From positions 1 through 60,052 of the IMG/VR virus record IMGVR_UViG_3300032136_000006: DNA of 60,052 bases. One strand, given 5' to 3'. Below are positions 1-8,807 of the stretch, in pieces (position 1 is the stretch's first letter; each line of letters starts with the position of its first letter). This DNA is from a virus (taxonomy: Duplodnaviria > Caudoviricetes). Both the position numbers and the translations under genes were made by a program. The notes under the pieces were generated by a model that worked only from the letters and a program-made list of their open reading frames with translations, did not search any database and was not told where the DNA came from.

Positions 1-2
1 CA

Positions 3-1256
3 ACGACATGTACCGTGACGGCAGATGCGAAGCCTGTTATTAGCACTTTGGCGTTTGTGAACGGGTATCCTGGGTCGCAGACTGAGCTTAAGGCGGGCGA
101 TGAGTTTGACATTCAAGTTACGGCGGATTTGGCGTTTGTTGAGGTGGAAGTTGAGGATTCTGGTGCGTGCGATTCTCAGAACGAGGTAGTTGCCTCTACG
201 ACAGACACGACTATCACAGCTGTTATTGCGGATAGAGGTACAACAAATGTTGCGCGTCCTGCGCGTGTGCGCGTAAAGAAGAGCACGGGGACTTGGTCAG
301 ACTGGGTCTATACAAATGCAGGCGGATCGGTTGATGGGACAAACCTAGTCAACTGCAATAATTTGTATCCGACCGTAGCATCGATGACGCAAGGGTCGAT
401 TACGTATCCTGCGACACAGGAAGCTATTAAGGACTCTGAGACGGTATCGATCAACTGTGTGTGTAGTGATTTTGATACGATTTCTTATACGTCACCTAAT
501 AGTGATTTGAGCATTCCAAGTTCGACGGTGTACGCAGCGGACAAGTCGGGAGTGGCTCGGATTGCAGGTTCGTACAATATTGACACGACTAATTATCGAG
601 TGTCGTGCAATCGTGCTGCAAATGACGCGGATACGACGCAAGACTTGGTAGTTTATGTCGCGAATGTGGCAGCTACGGTAACGATGACCGAAGCTTCCAG
701 GTTGCGATCAGGTGGGAACAATGGAACCACGATCCAAGACCATACTATAACGGCCACAGCGAACCAGAGGCTGAGGATTGCTCCGACGATTGCTGCACCG
801 AGTGCTAATGGTGGAACATGGAGTGGAGTGTTTGCTGGGGGGCCAACTGTCTGGACAAGAACGCTTCAGGTACATGATTCGAACGATGTTCCAGGGACGT
901 ATTCGTACCAGGCATTAAGTGCATACAATCTGGCTAACATAGAGACGACAGCCTATACGGGTGATTCGAACTATGTGATCGGTGGGTTTGTAAGTCGTCA
1001 GATTGCATTGGCAGCGTTTGCGAATGAAGCTTCTTTCACAGCGGCAGTTGCAGATTATACGAAGTGTACGTTGACATGGACTGTGAAGTCACTGCCCAAT
1101 AGGCGTGCGTACAATACGACGACGACACCAGATGCAAACAGTTGGTGTTTTGCGGGAACTCTTGGGGCTTCACCTACTACTGCGAGGATTTTGGATACAG
1201 CAGCGACCAGTAGTTCGTCAGATGAGACAACGATAACGGTAGAGGAAACGATCTGA
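3..1256 (+). CDS. Virion structural protein, beta-rich/Ig-like (probably 5'-truncated by the window edge)
   Basis: Frame is open from base 3 (track starts it at GTG 15); Thr/Ala/Ser/Val-rich composition typical of tail or capsid decoration proteins; sits upstream of a tail fibre gene. Confidence 0.6.
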   Translation, partial: TTCTVTADAKPVISTLAFVNGYPGSQTELKAGDEFDIQVTADLAFVEVEVEDSGACDSQNEVVASTTDTTITAVIADRGTTNVARPARVRVKKSTGTWSDWVYTNAGGSVDGTNLVNCNNLYPTVASMTQGSITYPATQEAIKDSETVSINCVCSDFDTISYTSPNSDLSIPSSTVYAADKSGVARIAGSYNIDTTNYRVSCNRAANDADTTQDLVVYVANVAATVTMTEASRLRSGGNNGTTIQDHTITATANQRLRIAPTIAAPSANGGTWSGVFAGGPTVWTRTLQVHDSNDVPGTYSYQALSAYNLANIETTAYTGDSNYVIGGFVSRQIALAAFANEASFTAAVADYTKCTLTWTVKSLPNRRAYNTTTTPDANSWCFAGTLGASPTTARILDTAATSSSSDETTITVEETI

Positions 1257-1257
1257 T

Positions 1258-1728
1258 ATGGTTAGGGTTTGTAAGTTCTGCGGAGAAGAGTTTTCGGAGC
1301 CAGGTAGGCGAAATAAGATTTATTGTTCTCGCAGATGCAATGCTAGGTCTCAGGCAAAAAAACGCAATGCTGTATATGTTGCGCGTGAGTGTGCGTGGTG
1401 CGGCGCAGAGTTTATGCCGGATAAGCACAATCATACGACACAGCGGTTTTGTTCGGATGGCTGTAAGCGACGGTCACAGACCGTGGCAGTATACGGGTTG
1501 GTTCCCGCAGAGTACAATGCGCTGTTTGAAGACCAGAGTGGTTGCTGTGCTATCTGTGGAGACCATCAGGAGTCCCTGAGTAAGTCGTTGGGGGTTAAGA
1601 TCCATCCAGAGACACAAGAGGTGCTAGGGTTGCTGTGTACGTTTTGCAGTACTGGACTAGGAGCGTTTGACCATGATCCTGAGTTGTTAGCGCAATCGAT
1701 TGCATATTTGGAGATGTACAATGCGTAA
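1258..1728 (+). CDS. Endonuclease VII-like HNH protein with N-terminal Zn fingers, catalytic motif degenerate
   Basis: Two CxxC...(Y/F)CSxxC units, then CAICG...LGVKIHPETQEVLGLLCTFCSTGLG, where the canonical DHxH and CN residues are replaced. Confidence 0.75.
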   Translation: MVRVCKFCGEEFSEPGRRNKIYCSRRCNARSQAKKRNAVYVARECAWCGAEFMPDKHNHTTQRFCSDGCKRRSQTVAVYGLVPAEYNALFEDQSGCCAICGDHQESLSKSLGVKIHPETQEVLGLLCTFCSTGLGAFDHDPELLAQSIAYLEMYNA

Positions 1729-2218
1729 CCTTCAGATTTGTAAGTTTTGTGGCGAAGAGTACGAGGCAAACCCTATTGGTAGGAAGAGCATGTATTGCTC
1801 TAAGCAGTGCAATTACGATGTACAAAACAAAAAGAAATCAGAAGCGGTTAAGCGGAAGATAAAAAAGAGATTATGTGAGGCTTGTGGACAGGAATACATG
1901 CCCAAACGTTTTGAGTCTGGACTGAAATACTGTTCTAGAGAGTGTATGGGGCGAGCAAATAATTTCCGCCAGAAATATGGGACTACCGTTAGAGAGTACA
2001 ATGTCATGTTTGAAGAGCATGCCGGTCGTTGTGCGATCTGTGGTGTTCATCAGTCACAGTTAGAAAAGGCGTTGCACATTGATCACTGTCATGAGACAGG
2101 GGCAGTGAGAGGGCTTTTGTGTTCTCGGTGTAATCGAGGTATCGGTCAGTTCAAAGATGATCCTGAGATTGTAGAAAGAGCAATTGAATTTCTAGAAGGA
2201 GAAGATAACCATGGCTGA
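1721..2218 (+). CDS. Endonuclease VII-like HNH (homing) endonuclease with N-terminal Zn fingers
   Basis: CAICG...LHIDHCHETGAVRGLLCSRCNRGIGQFKDDP is an intact EndoVII signature; ATG 1721 follows GGAG. Confidence 0.85.
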   Translation: MRNLQICKFCGEEYEANPIGRKSMYCSKQCNYDVQNKKKSEAVKRKIKKRLCEACGQEYMPKRFESGLKYCSRECMGRANNFRQKYGTTVREYNVMFEEHAGRCAICGVHQSQLEKALHIDHCHETGAVRGLLCSRCNRGIGQFKDDPEIVERAIEFLEGEDNHG

Positions 2219-5200
2219 TGCCGTAAGTAATCAACGAGAAATAGAGAGACGCCAGATTTCCTGGAATTCTTTGACTACCCTTAACGATGGCGTTACGTCG
2301 CTTGGTTGGGACGATGACCCTAATGATGTGGTTGATGGAAACACCCCTGGGGAAAGTTGGCTTTACTCTCTTCCCGTTGGCCAGTTCTACAAGCAGTCAA
2401 ATGCAACGTTGTGGTGGAAGACTGGTTCTCCAAATACGTGGCAGCAGGTTGGTGTCGGCGTTGCAGGGGGAGATGTTACTAAGGTAGGTACTCCAGCGGA
2501 TAATCAAGTAGGGGTTTGGACTGGAGATGGCACAATCGAGGGCACGTCGGGTTTGACCTATGACGGTGCTGCTCTTGCTGTAACAGGTAACATAACCGTT
2601 ACAGGAACCGTTGACGGTATCGATATTGCTACTGACGTTGCAGCCAATACGTTGAAAGTCACGAACGCTACTCACTCCGGTGATGTGACAGGTTCTGGAG
2701 CTTTGACGATTGCAAACGATGCTGTGACATATGCCAAAATGCAGAACGTTGTTGCTGATGATGTTTTGCTTGGTAATACTGCTGGGGCTGGTGGACCTGT
2801 AGCGGAGCTTTCGGCTACGGCTGTTCGTTCGTTGCTCAATGTTGAAGACGGAGCGGATGTTACAGACGCAACCAACGTGGATGCGGCTGGCGCAACGATG
2901 AATGCTGATACGTCTTTGGTTGGAAATAGCTACTTCTTAGATGAAGATAACATGGTGTCGAATGATGCGACCAAAGTTGCGTCTCAGCAATCTATTGTAG
3001 CGTATGTGACCTCGAAGATTTCGAGCGCTAAAGCCTACAAGGGTGGGTATGACGCAGACGCAAATAGTCCAGACTTGGATGTGTCTCCAAGCTCTTCAAT
3101 CAATTCTGGAGATGTTTACGATGTAACAGTCGCAGGGACATTCTTCACTACGGCAGTTGAAGTTGGAGACATGCTTACGGCTAAGCAAGATGCTCCCACG
3201 ACAGCGGCACACTGGGTCATAACGCAAACTAACTTAACAGCGGCCAGTATAAAGTCCCAGTACGAGTCTAATGCAGACACTAACGCGTATACGAATGCGG
3301 AGAAGACCAAGGTTGGGCATATTTCTATTACGCAAGCTGTTGACCTTGATACTTTGGAGAGCAATGTTTCGACAAATAACTCTAAGGTTACAAATGCAAC
3401 GCACTCAGGAGATGTGACGGGATCTACGGAGTTGACTATTGCATCCGGGGCCGTTGATATTGCGATGTTGAGTGCTACAGGGACTCCAGGGTCTACAACG
3501 TTTTTACGTGGAGACAATACGTGGTCTGTTCCTGCTGGGTCTGGTGACGTTTCCAAAGTTGGAACTCCTGTCGATAATCAGGTCGGTGTTTGGACTGGAG
3601 ATGGGACTCTTGAGGGCACTTCGGGGCTCACATACAGTGGAACAGCACTGGATATTACAGGGAACATAACGCTTTCTGGTACTGTAGACGGGATTGATAT
3701 AGCTACCGATGTGGCTGCCAATACACTGAAGGTTACAAATGCAACTCACTCTGGAGACGTGACTGGATCCGGGGCGCTTACAATAGCAAATGACGCCGTG
3801 ACATATGCGAAGATGCAGAACGTTGTTGCTGACAATCGAATCCTCGGTAACGTGTCTGGGGCTGGCGGTATCGTAGCAGAATTAACAGCGTCTGATGTCC
3901 GTACGATGATTAACGTAGCAGACGGAGCCACAGCGGTAACTGTTAGCGACGTTGCTTACGACGATACGAGTTGGAATGCGAACACGGATGCAGCAACTAA
4001 AAACGCGATCCGTGACAAGATTAATTTGATGGATACTGCTATTGGGCTTAACACGGGTAAAGTCACCAATGCCACGCACTCTGGGGATGCTACTGGTGCA
4101 ACGGCTTTGACGTTGGCCAACGCGGCGATTACAGGCAAGGATACCGTTACAGCTGTTGGAACCGACTATGTTTTGCTGAGTGATACCAGTGATAGTGGAA
4201 ACCTGAAAAAAGCTCTAGTAAGTGATATGCTAGGTAGTTCTACAAATCCTGGTGGGTCAGACGGTCAAATTCAGTACAACAATAGCAGTGCTTTTGGTGG
4301 AACTGCTGGCGCTTACTGGGATGATGTAAATGACATCTTTGTTGTTGGGCCTTCTGATTATGGTGATGCGTATAGCGGTGGTCAGGAGCTTCAGATACAA
4401 AGCACTGCAAATGCCCGCATGCTTATTTCTTCGTATGGGAATCAGGCGAGTGGTTCGTCCATTTCTTTTGTGAAGAGTAGAGGAACGTTTGCGTCTCCTG
4501 CGACTGTAGTAGTAGATGATGTTGTGATGGCGTTGGGTACGGCGGTAAGTACGTCGTCGAATTTTCATGCAACTGGTTCAATTTCGTGTGTTGTTACAGG
4601 GACTGTGACTGCGACTGTGGCTCCGACAAGTCTCCTATTTAAAACGAATGATACGGCTACGGCTGCTGAGAGATTCAGAATTACGGATGTTGGCAGCCTT
4701 ACGACAGGAGGCGAGACTGCTCCAGACGTTGCTCCTGGTGGAATTTGTTTGAATACCGGAAATACTGCGCCGTTTATTTCGTTTAAAAACAGTACGGTTG
4801 CGCATCCTTTTACAAGCATCCGAGAGACAGACACTGTGATGATGCAGGGTCTCGCGACAGCGACTGAGGGCGGGGCGCTCTTCCGAGGATTTTCGGAATC
4901 GACTACGATACCGTTGAAGTTTGAAGGGTATCAGCAAACCGGTACTACAGGTGATGCTTCTGGTGGTGCAATAACTCTCATCGGCAAGAAGTCTGATGGT
5001 GGAACAGGTGCTACGTCTTACGCAGACACCGAGAACTGTATCAGTGTCTTTAATGACGCTACTGGGATTGCATTTATTAAGGGGTCTGGAGACCTTCACC
5101 TTGCTGGCGGTGTTAAGGTTGGAGCGTATGACCAGGCAGATGCGGCTGGAGCTATCGAGTGGAATGGCTCCAGTTTTAGAGGCTACACTGGTTCTGCATG

Positions 5201-7121
5201 GATAGATTTTGGAACACCTACTCCCGCTGGGGCTAACACGCAGATTCAATATAACAATGGTGGGGCCTTAGGGGCTGATGCCAATTTCGTCTGGAACGCT
5301 ACGAGTGAGTTCCTTGGAATCGGAACGACGACTCCAGCTTGGAAGGTTGACGCACGGACGAGTGCTGCCGAGAATGCGATTATTGGAGCACGTTGTTGGA
5401 ATAGTTCTGGGTATTCTGCGATGTTTGTTCTGCATTCTGGGCGCGGGTCTGAGGGTGCGGCGAATGCATTGGTTGATACGAGCCCTATTGGGCAGATTTA
5501 TTTCCAAGGGCAGTATAACTCGTCTAGCGCACGCAAAGGTGCGTTGCTTGTTGTACGAGCGGAAGAGAACTGGGGAGTATCGAATGGTGGTGCCGGGTTC
5601 GAATTTGAAACGACGGCGATAGGGTCTACGACAGCGACTAAGAAATTCACTATGACGGGTGGTGGTGATTTTCAGCTTGCGTCGGGAGGCTTACTCGTTA
5701 ATGCGTATCAGGCGGCAGATGCGGCTGGAGCCATCGAGTGGAACGGGTCCAATTTCAGAGGGTATACCGGGTCTGCTTGGGTTAACTTGGATACACAAGG
5801 TGGCACAACGGCTCCTGGGGGCTCAGATGGGCAGATTCAGTATAACAATGGCAGTGCTTTCGGTGGTACGGCGGGTGCATATTGGGATGATGGAAATGAC
5901 ATCTTTGTAGTTGGGCCTTCTACGTATGCAACAGCGTATGATTCTGGAGAAAACGTTCAGATTCACAGTACTTCTAACAGTAGGTTGCTTCTTTCTACGT
6001 ATGGAAATCAAGCAAGTGGTTCTGCGATTATTTTTAATAAGTTCAGAGGAACATTTGCATCTCCTGCTGGGGTTATTGCCGGTGATACTCCGTTTAGTCT
6101 TGCTAGCATCGTAAAGACGTCTGCTAGTTTGCATGCCGCGTCTTCGATTGTGTGCAAGGTTACTGGTACTGTAACATCTACGGCAGCGCCTACTGACCTT
6201 ATTTTTAATACGAATGCAGGGGATACAGCTACGGAAAAATTTAGGATTACTGGGCCAGGAGTTTTGACCACTGGAGCTGAGCTTTATCCTGATACTGCGT
6301 CAGGCGGTATGTGCTTAAACACAGGAAGCGATACGTCTCCGTTTATCACTCTGAAAAACAGTACTGTTGCACATGGTTTTACGTCGATTAATGAGACTGA
6401 TACGGTTTGTTTGTTTGGTTTGGCGTCTGGTACAGCGGGTGGAACGATTATAAGAAGTTTTTCAGAGGCTTCTACTACTCCAGCGTTGTGGTTCGATGCC
6501 TACCAGACCAGTGCGGAGAATAGGGATGGCAGTCCTGGAGCCATAAATTTTGTTGTTAATAAGTCAGACGGTGGCACGTCGAGTGCCGCATTAGCAGTTG
6601 ACGAAAACATTGCAACCTTCCAGAATGGATCCGTTGTAAAGCTTGTTGTTAAGGGGTCTGGAGATCTTATCTGCGATGCTGGGATGGAGCTTGGAGCTTT
6701 TGGGCAGACTGCGACATCTGGGGCTGTAGAATGGAATGGAACAAACTTCAGAGGCTACAACGGTTCAGCTTGGGTGCACTTGGATAAGGGGAATAGTCCG
6801 ATTTATACCCTTACGTATGGTGCAAGTTTAGCGCCCGATTTTAATAATGGACCGATACAAAAAGTGACGTTAACGGGAAGCCCTGATTTTGATGCTCCAT
6901 CAAATTTACAAGATGGAGCGGTTTATCGAATAATTCTAATTCAGGATGGATCGGGCAGTAGAACTATTGCAGACTGGTCTACCGATTATCATTGGGAAAA
7001 TGGTACTTGGCCAACATTATCGACAGCTGCTGGCGCAGTTGACATCGTTACTATGATTTCGACAGGTAGTGTAGTGTACTGCTCCCTCCAGCATGACTTT
7101 AAGTCTTATACTCCGGCATAG
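2211..7121 (+). CDS. Long tail fibre / receptor-binding protein with internal duplications
   Basis: 1636 aa, Gly/Thr/Ala-rich; contains KVTNATHSGD x4, QIQYNN x3, EWNG.(S/N)FRGY x3 and a LGIGTTTP motif; C-terminal LIQDGSGSRT...W...PTLSTAAGAVDIV domain common in phage fibres. Confidence 0.85.
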   Translation: MADAVSNQREIERRQISWNSLTTLNDGVTSLGWDDDPNDVVDGNTPGESWLYSLPVGQFYKQSNATLWWKTGSPNTWQQVGVGVAGGDVTKVGTPADNQVGVWTGDGTIEGTSGLTYDGAALAVTGNITVTGTVDGIDIATDVAANTLKVTNATHSGDVTGSGALTIANDAVTYAKMQNVVADDVLLGNTAGAGGPVAELSATAVRSLLNVEDGADVTDATNVDAAGATMNADTSLVGNSYFLDEDNMVSNDATKVASQQSIVAYVTSKISSAKAYKGGYDADANSPDLDVSPSSSINSGDVYDVTVAGTFFTTAVEVGDMLTAKQDAPTTAAHWVITQTNLTAASIKSQYESNADTNAYTNAEKTKVGHISITQAVDLDTLESNVSTNNSKVTNATHSGDVTGSTELTIASGAVDIAMLSATGTPGSTTFLRGDNTWSVPAGSGDVSKVGTPVDNQVGVWTGDGTLEGTSGLTYSGTALDITGNITLSGTVDGIDIATDVAANTLKVTNATHSGDVTGSGALTIANDAVTYAKMQNVVADNRILGNVSGAGGIVAELTASDVRTMINVADGATAVTVSDVAYDDTSWNANTDAATKNAIRDKINLMDTAIGLNTGKVTNATHSGDATGATALTLANAAITGKDTVTAVGTDYVLLSDTSDSGNLKKALVSDMLGSSTNPGGSDGQIQYNNSSAFGGTAGAYWDDVNDIFVVGPSDYGDAYSGGQELQIQSTANARMLISSYGNQASGSSISFVKSRGTFASPATVVVDDVVMALGTAVSTSSNFHATGSISCVVTGTVTATVAPTSLLFKTNDTATAAERFRITDVGSLTTGGETAPDVAPGGICLNTGNTAPFISFKNSTVAHPFTSIRETDTVMMQGLATATEGGALFRGFSESTTIPLKFEGYQQTGTTGDASGGAITLIGKKSDGGTGATSYADTENCISVFNDATGIAFIKGSGDLHLAGGVKVGAYDQADAAGAIEWNGSSFRGYTGSAWIDFGTPTPAGANTQIQYNNGGALGADANFVWNATSEFLGIGTTTPAWKVDARTSAAENAIIGARCWNSSGYSAMFVLHSGRGSEGAANALVDTSPIGQIYFQGQYNSSSARKGALLVVRAEENWGVSNGGAGFEFETTAIGSTTATKKFTMTGGGDFQLASGGLLVNAYQAADAAGAIEWNGSNFRGYTGSAWVNLDTQGGTTAPGGSDGQIQYNNGSAFGGTAGAYWDDGNDIFVVGPSTYATAYDSGENVQIHSTSNSRLLLSTYGNQASGSAIIFNKFRGTFASPAGVIAGDTPFSLASIVKTSASLHAASSIVCKVTGTVTSTAAPTDLIFNTNAGDTATEKFRITGPGVLTTGAELYPDTASGGMCLNTGSDTSPFITLKNSTVAHGFTSINETDTVCLFGLASGTAGGTIIRSFSEASTTPALWFDAYQTSAENRDGSPGAINFVVNKSDGGTSSAALAVDENIATFQNGSVVKLVVKGSGDLICDAGMELGAFGQTATSGAVEWNGTNFRGYNGSAWVHLDKGNSPIYTLTYGASLAPDFNNGPIQKVTLTGSPDFDAPSNLQDGAVYRIILIQDGSGSRTIADWSTDYHWENGTWPTLSTAAGAVDIVTMISTGSVVYCSLQHDFKSYTPA
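2469..3929 (+). repeat. Intragenic duplication A: two 387-nt copies (2469-2855 and 3543-3929)
   Basis: Both copies encode GDV(T/S)KVGTP.DNQVGVWTGDGT...YAKMQNVVAD...NV(E/A)DGA; in the stretch compared, differences are mostly synonymous. Confidence 0.9.
4248..6785 (+). repeat. Intragenic duplication B: two ~960-nt copies (about 4248-5210 and 5814-6785)
   Basis: Both copies run from PGGSDGQIQYNN.SAFGGTAGAYWDD through KNSTVAH.FTSI.ETDTV to EWNG..FRGY.GSAW. Confidence 0.9.
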
Positions 7122-7232
7122 GCGTTGGTCCCTTTTCTTGTTTAGCCTTTAGTTGCAATTATTATAGACCTTTGCAGCAGATCATGATTAACTGTCGTTA
7201 ACTAATAACCCTCAATCCAGGAGTCCGTAAAA

Positions 7233-7799
7233 ATGGAAATTACCAATGTCCACCTTGAGCAACTTGCTCCTATTTTAAACACTCTGGGAGAAATTAGACA
7301 TCCGATGTTGGCGTATAAGGTTGCTTTGTTACAACAACAAGTGACCCCTGTAATCGAAGCAATTGCAAAAGCCCGTACGCCGGTAGAGGAGTATCAAGTG
7401 TACTTACAAAAGCGTGATGCATTGTGTCAGGTTCACGCTGAAAAAGATGCGGTAGGAAATGCTAAAAAAGAGAGAGTACCTGTACAGAATCAACAAGGGT
7501 GGGCGACGCGCTACGTAATTCCGAATATGGAAAAATTCGTAGAAGAAGCAGCGGTCCTAGAAAAAGAATACGAGGATGCGCTGGAAAAAGAAACGGTGCG
7601 TCAGACATCGTTATTGGACCTACTTACCTCACCCGCTGGACTGGAGTTTAAACATAAGATCAAGTATTCTTGGTGTAAGGATGCCTTAACGGGTAACAGT
7701 ATGTCACTCCTCATGGCTTGTGGTATTCTTGACGTGGACGAAGACTTGGAAGACGAGCCAGTAAAACCTGCGTTGACTGCGGTAGACGACGAGGAGTAA
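7233..7799 (+). CDS. Hypothetical protein, possible tail-fibre assembly chaperone
   Basis: Helical, acidic 188 aa ORF directly after the fibre gene; AGGAG RBS. Function inferred from position only. Confidence 0.45.
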   Translation: MEITNVHLEQLAPILNTLGEIRHPMLAYKVALLQQQVTPVIEAIAKARTPVEEYQVYLQKRDALCQVHAEKDAVGNAKKERVPVQNQQGWATRYVIPNMEKFVEEAAVLEKEYEDALEKETVRQTSLLDLLTSPAGLEFKHKIKYSWCKDALTGNSMSLLMACGILDVDEDLEDEPVKPALTAVDDEE

Positions 7800-7822
7800 G
7801 CGGATGAGAGGAGTGTGGGTCT

Positions 7823-8275
7823 ATGTCAATAAAGCTAATCGGTGGTTACGGCCACCTCGCACACGGGCATCATAAGTACGGCGCCCAGGACAGCAACGAT
7901 TTTCAATATCCCACTCCTCAACCGATAGGTCCCAGGTTCAACGGTTCACGCCCTCAGGCAGGAGCTTATGGCGTGTCTGTTTCCCAATGGATTACGTACG
8001 AGCTTTACTACTACACCAGCAGTTTTAACATTGATCCAGCGCTGCTGCCTTCCGATTTACCCGTAGAAATAAGCGAAGATGGGGGAGATACGTGGTCTCC
8101 TGCAACTTCAGCCCCGTATACACTGACTGCACGCCCAAAAGACGGCCAGATTCTTTGGATAAAAATCGTCAAAAATGGGGATTGGACCGATAACTCGCAG
8201 ATTATGATTCGAACTACGATGCCGGATGAGTATGGGCAACCCATAACGGGAACTGTACCGGTCAGGTGGGAGTAA
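7823..8275 (+). CDS. Hypothetical virion protein
   Basis: RBS GAGGAG; contains an SEDGGDTW Asp-box-like motif; lies in the structural block. Confidence 0.55.
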   Translation: MSIKLIGGYGHLAHGHHKYGAQDSNDFQYPTPQPIGPRFNGSRPQAGAYGVSVSQWITYELYYYTSSFNIDPALLPSDLPVEISEDGGDTWSPATSAPYTLTARPKDGQILWIKIVKNGDWTDNSQIMIRTTMPDEYGQPITGTVPVRWE

Positions 8276-8279
8276 GCTT

Positions 8280-8807
8280 ATGTCGTATACATGGCATTTT
8301 TATACCGGAAGTCCGGGATTTACGCCGGAGCCGAGACACTGTTATCGTGGTCCAATGATTGACGTAGAGACTGTTATGGCAGCTCCGTATACGTATCTAA
8401 ATCAGTTTAACCCTATCCGTAAGCGGTTGCTAGATAACATTGTTAACGATACGTACCAGCAAGCACCAATTCAATCGGCGTTAGCCGTGCAAACACGGGA
8501 GGTAGTACTCCGTGTACTAAAAACATCTCTAGGTCCTATTTTCGCACGCTTAACTCCGCGTAAAAAACAGTTGGAAGCGGATATCTGTGAAAAACGGAAT
8601 AGCATTACAATTGAAAATGCGTTGGGAAATGTAACACCGACTTACTTGAACGTGCTTCAGGCGTTAGGGCCTTACGGGGTTCCAAGACCACAAATTGAGC
8701 TGTTGCGTGCCGCGTTGGAGTCTCAGAGTCCTGTGCTGCGCGTATCAGGTAAATGTGCGACAGTTCTGTTGTTGTCCTACATTGAGATGGATTATCATAA
8801 TGGGTAG
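8280..8807 (+). CDS. Hypothetical protein
   Basis: 175 aa ORF tightly packed in the operon. Confidence 0.55.
   Translation: MSYTWHFYTGSPGFTPEPRHCYRGPMIDVETVMAAPYTYLNQFNPIRKRLLDNIVNDTYQQAPIQSALAVQTREVVLRVLKTSLGPIFARLTPRKKQLEADICEKRNSITIENALGNVTPTYLNVLQALGPYGVPRPQIELLRAALESQSPVLRVSGKCATVLLLSYIEMDYHNG

Noticed and set aside
2469-6785. Tail-fibre repeats as the template/variable repeats of a diversity-generating retroelement served by the RT
   Set aside because: Both copies are coding, differences in the stretch compared involve all four bases at mostly synonymous sites rather than adenines only, and the RT motifs are retron-like rather than DGR-like.
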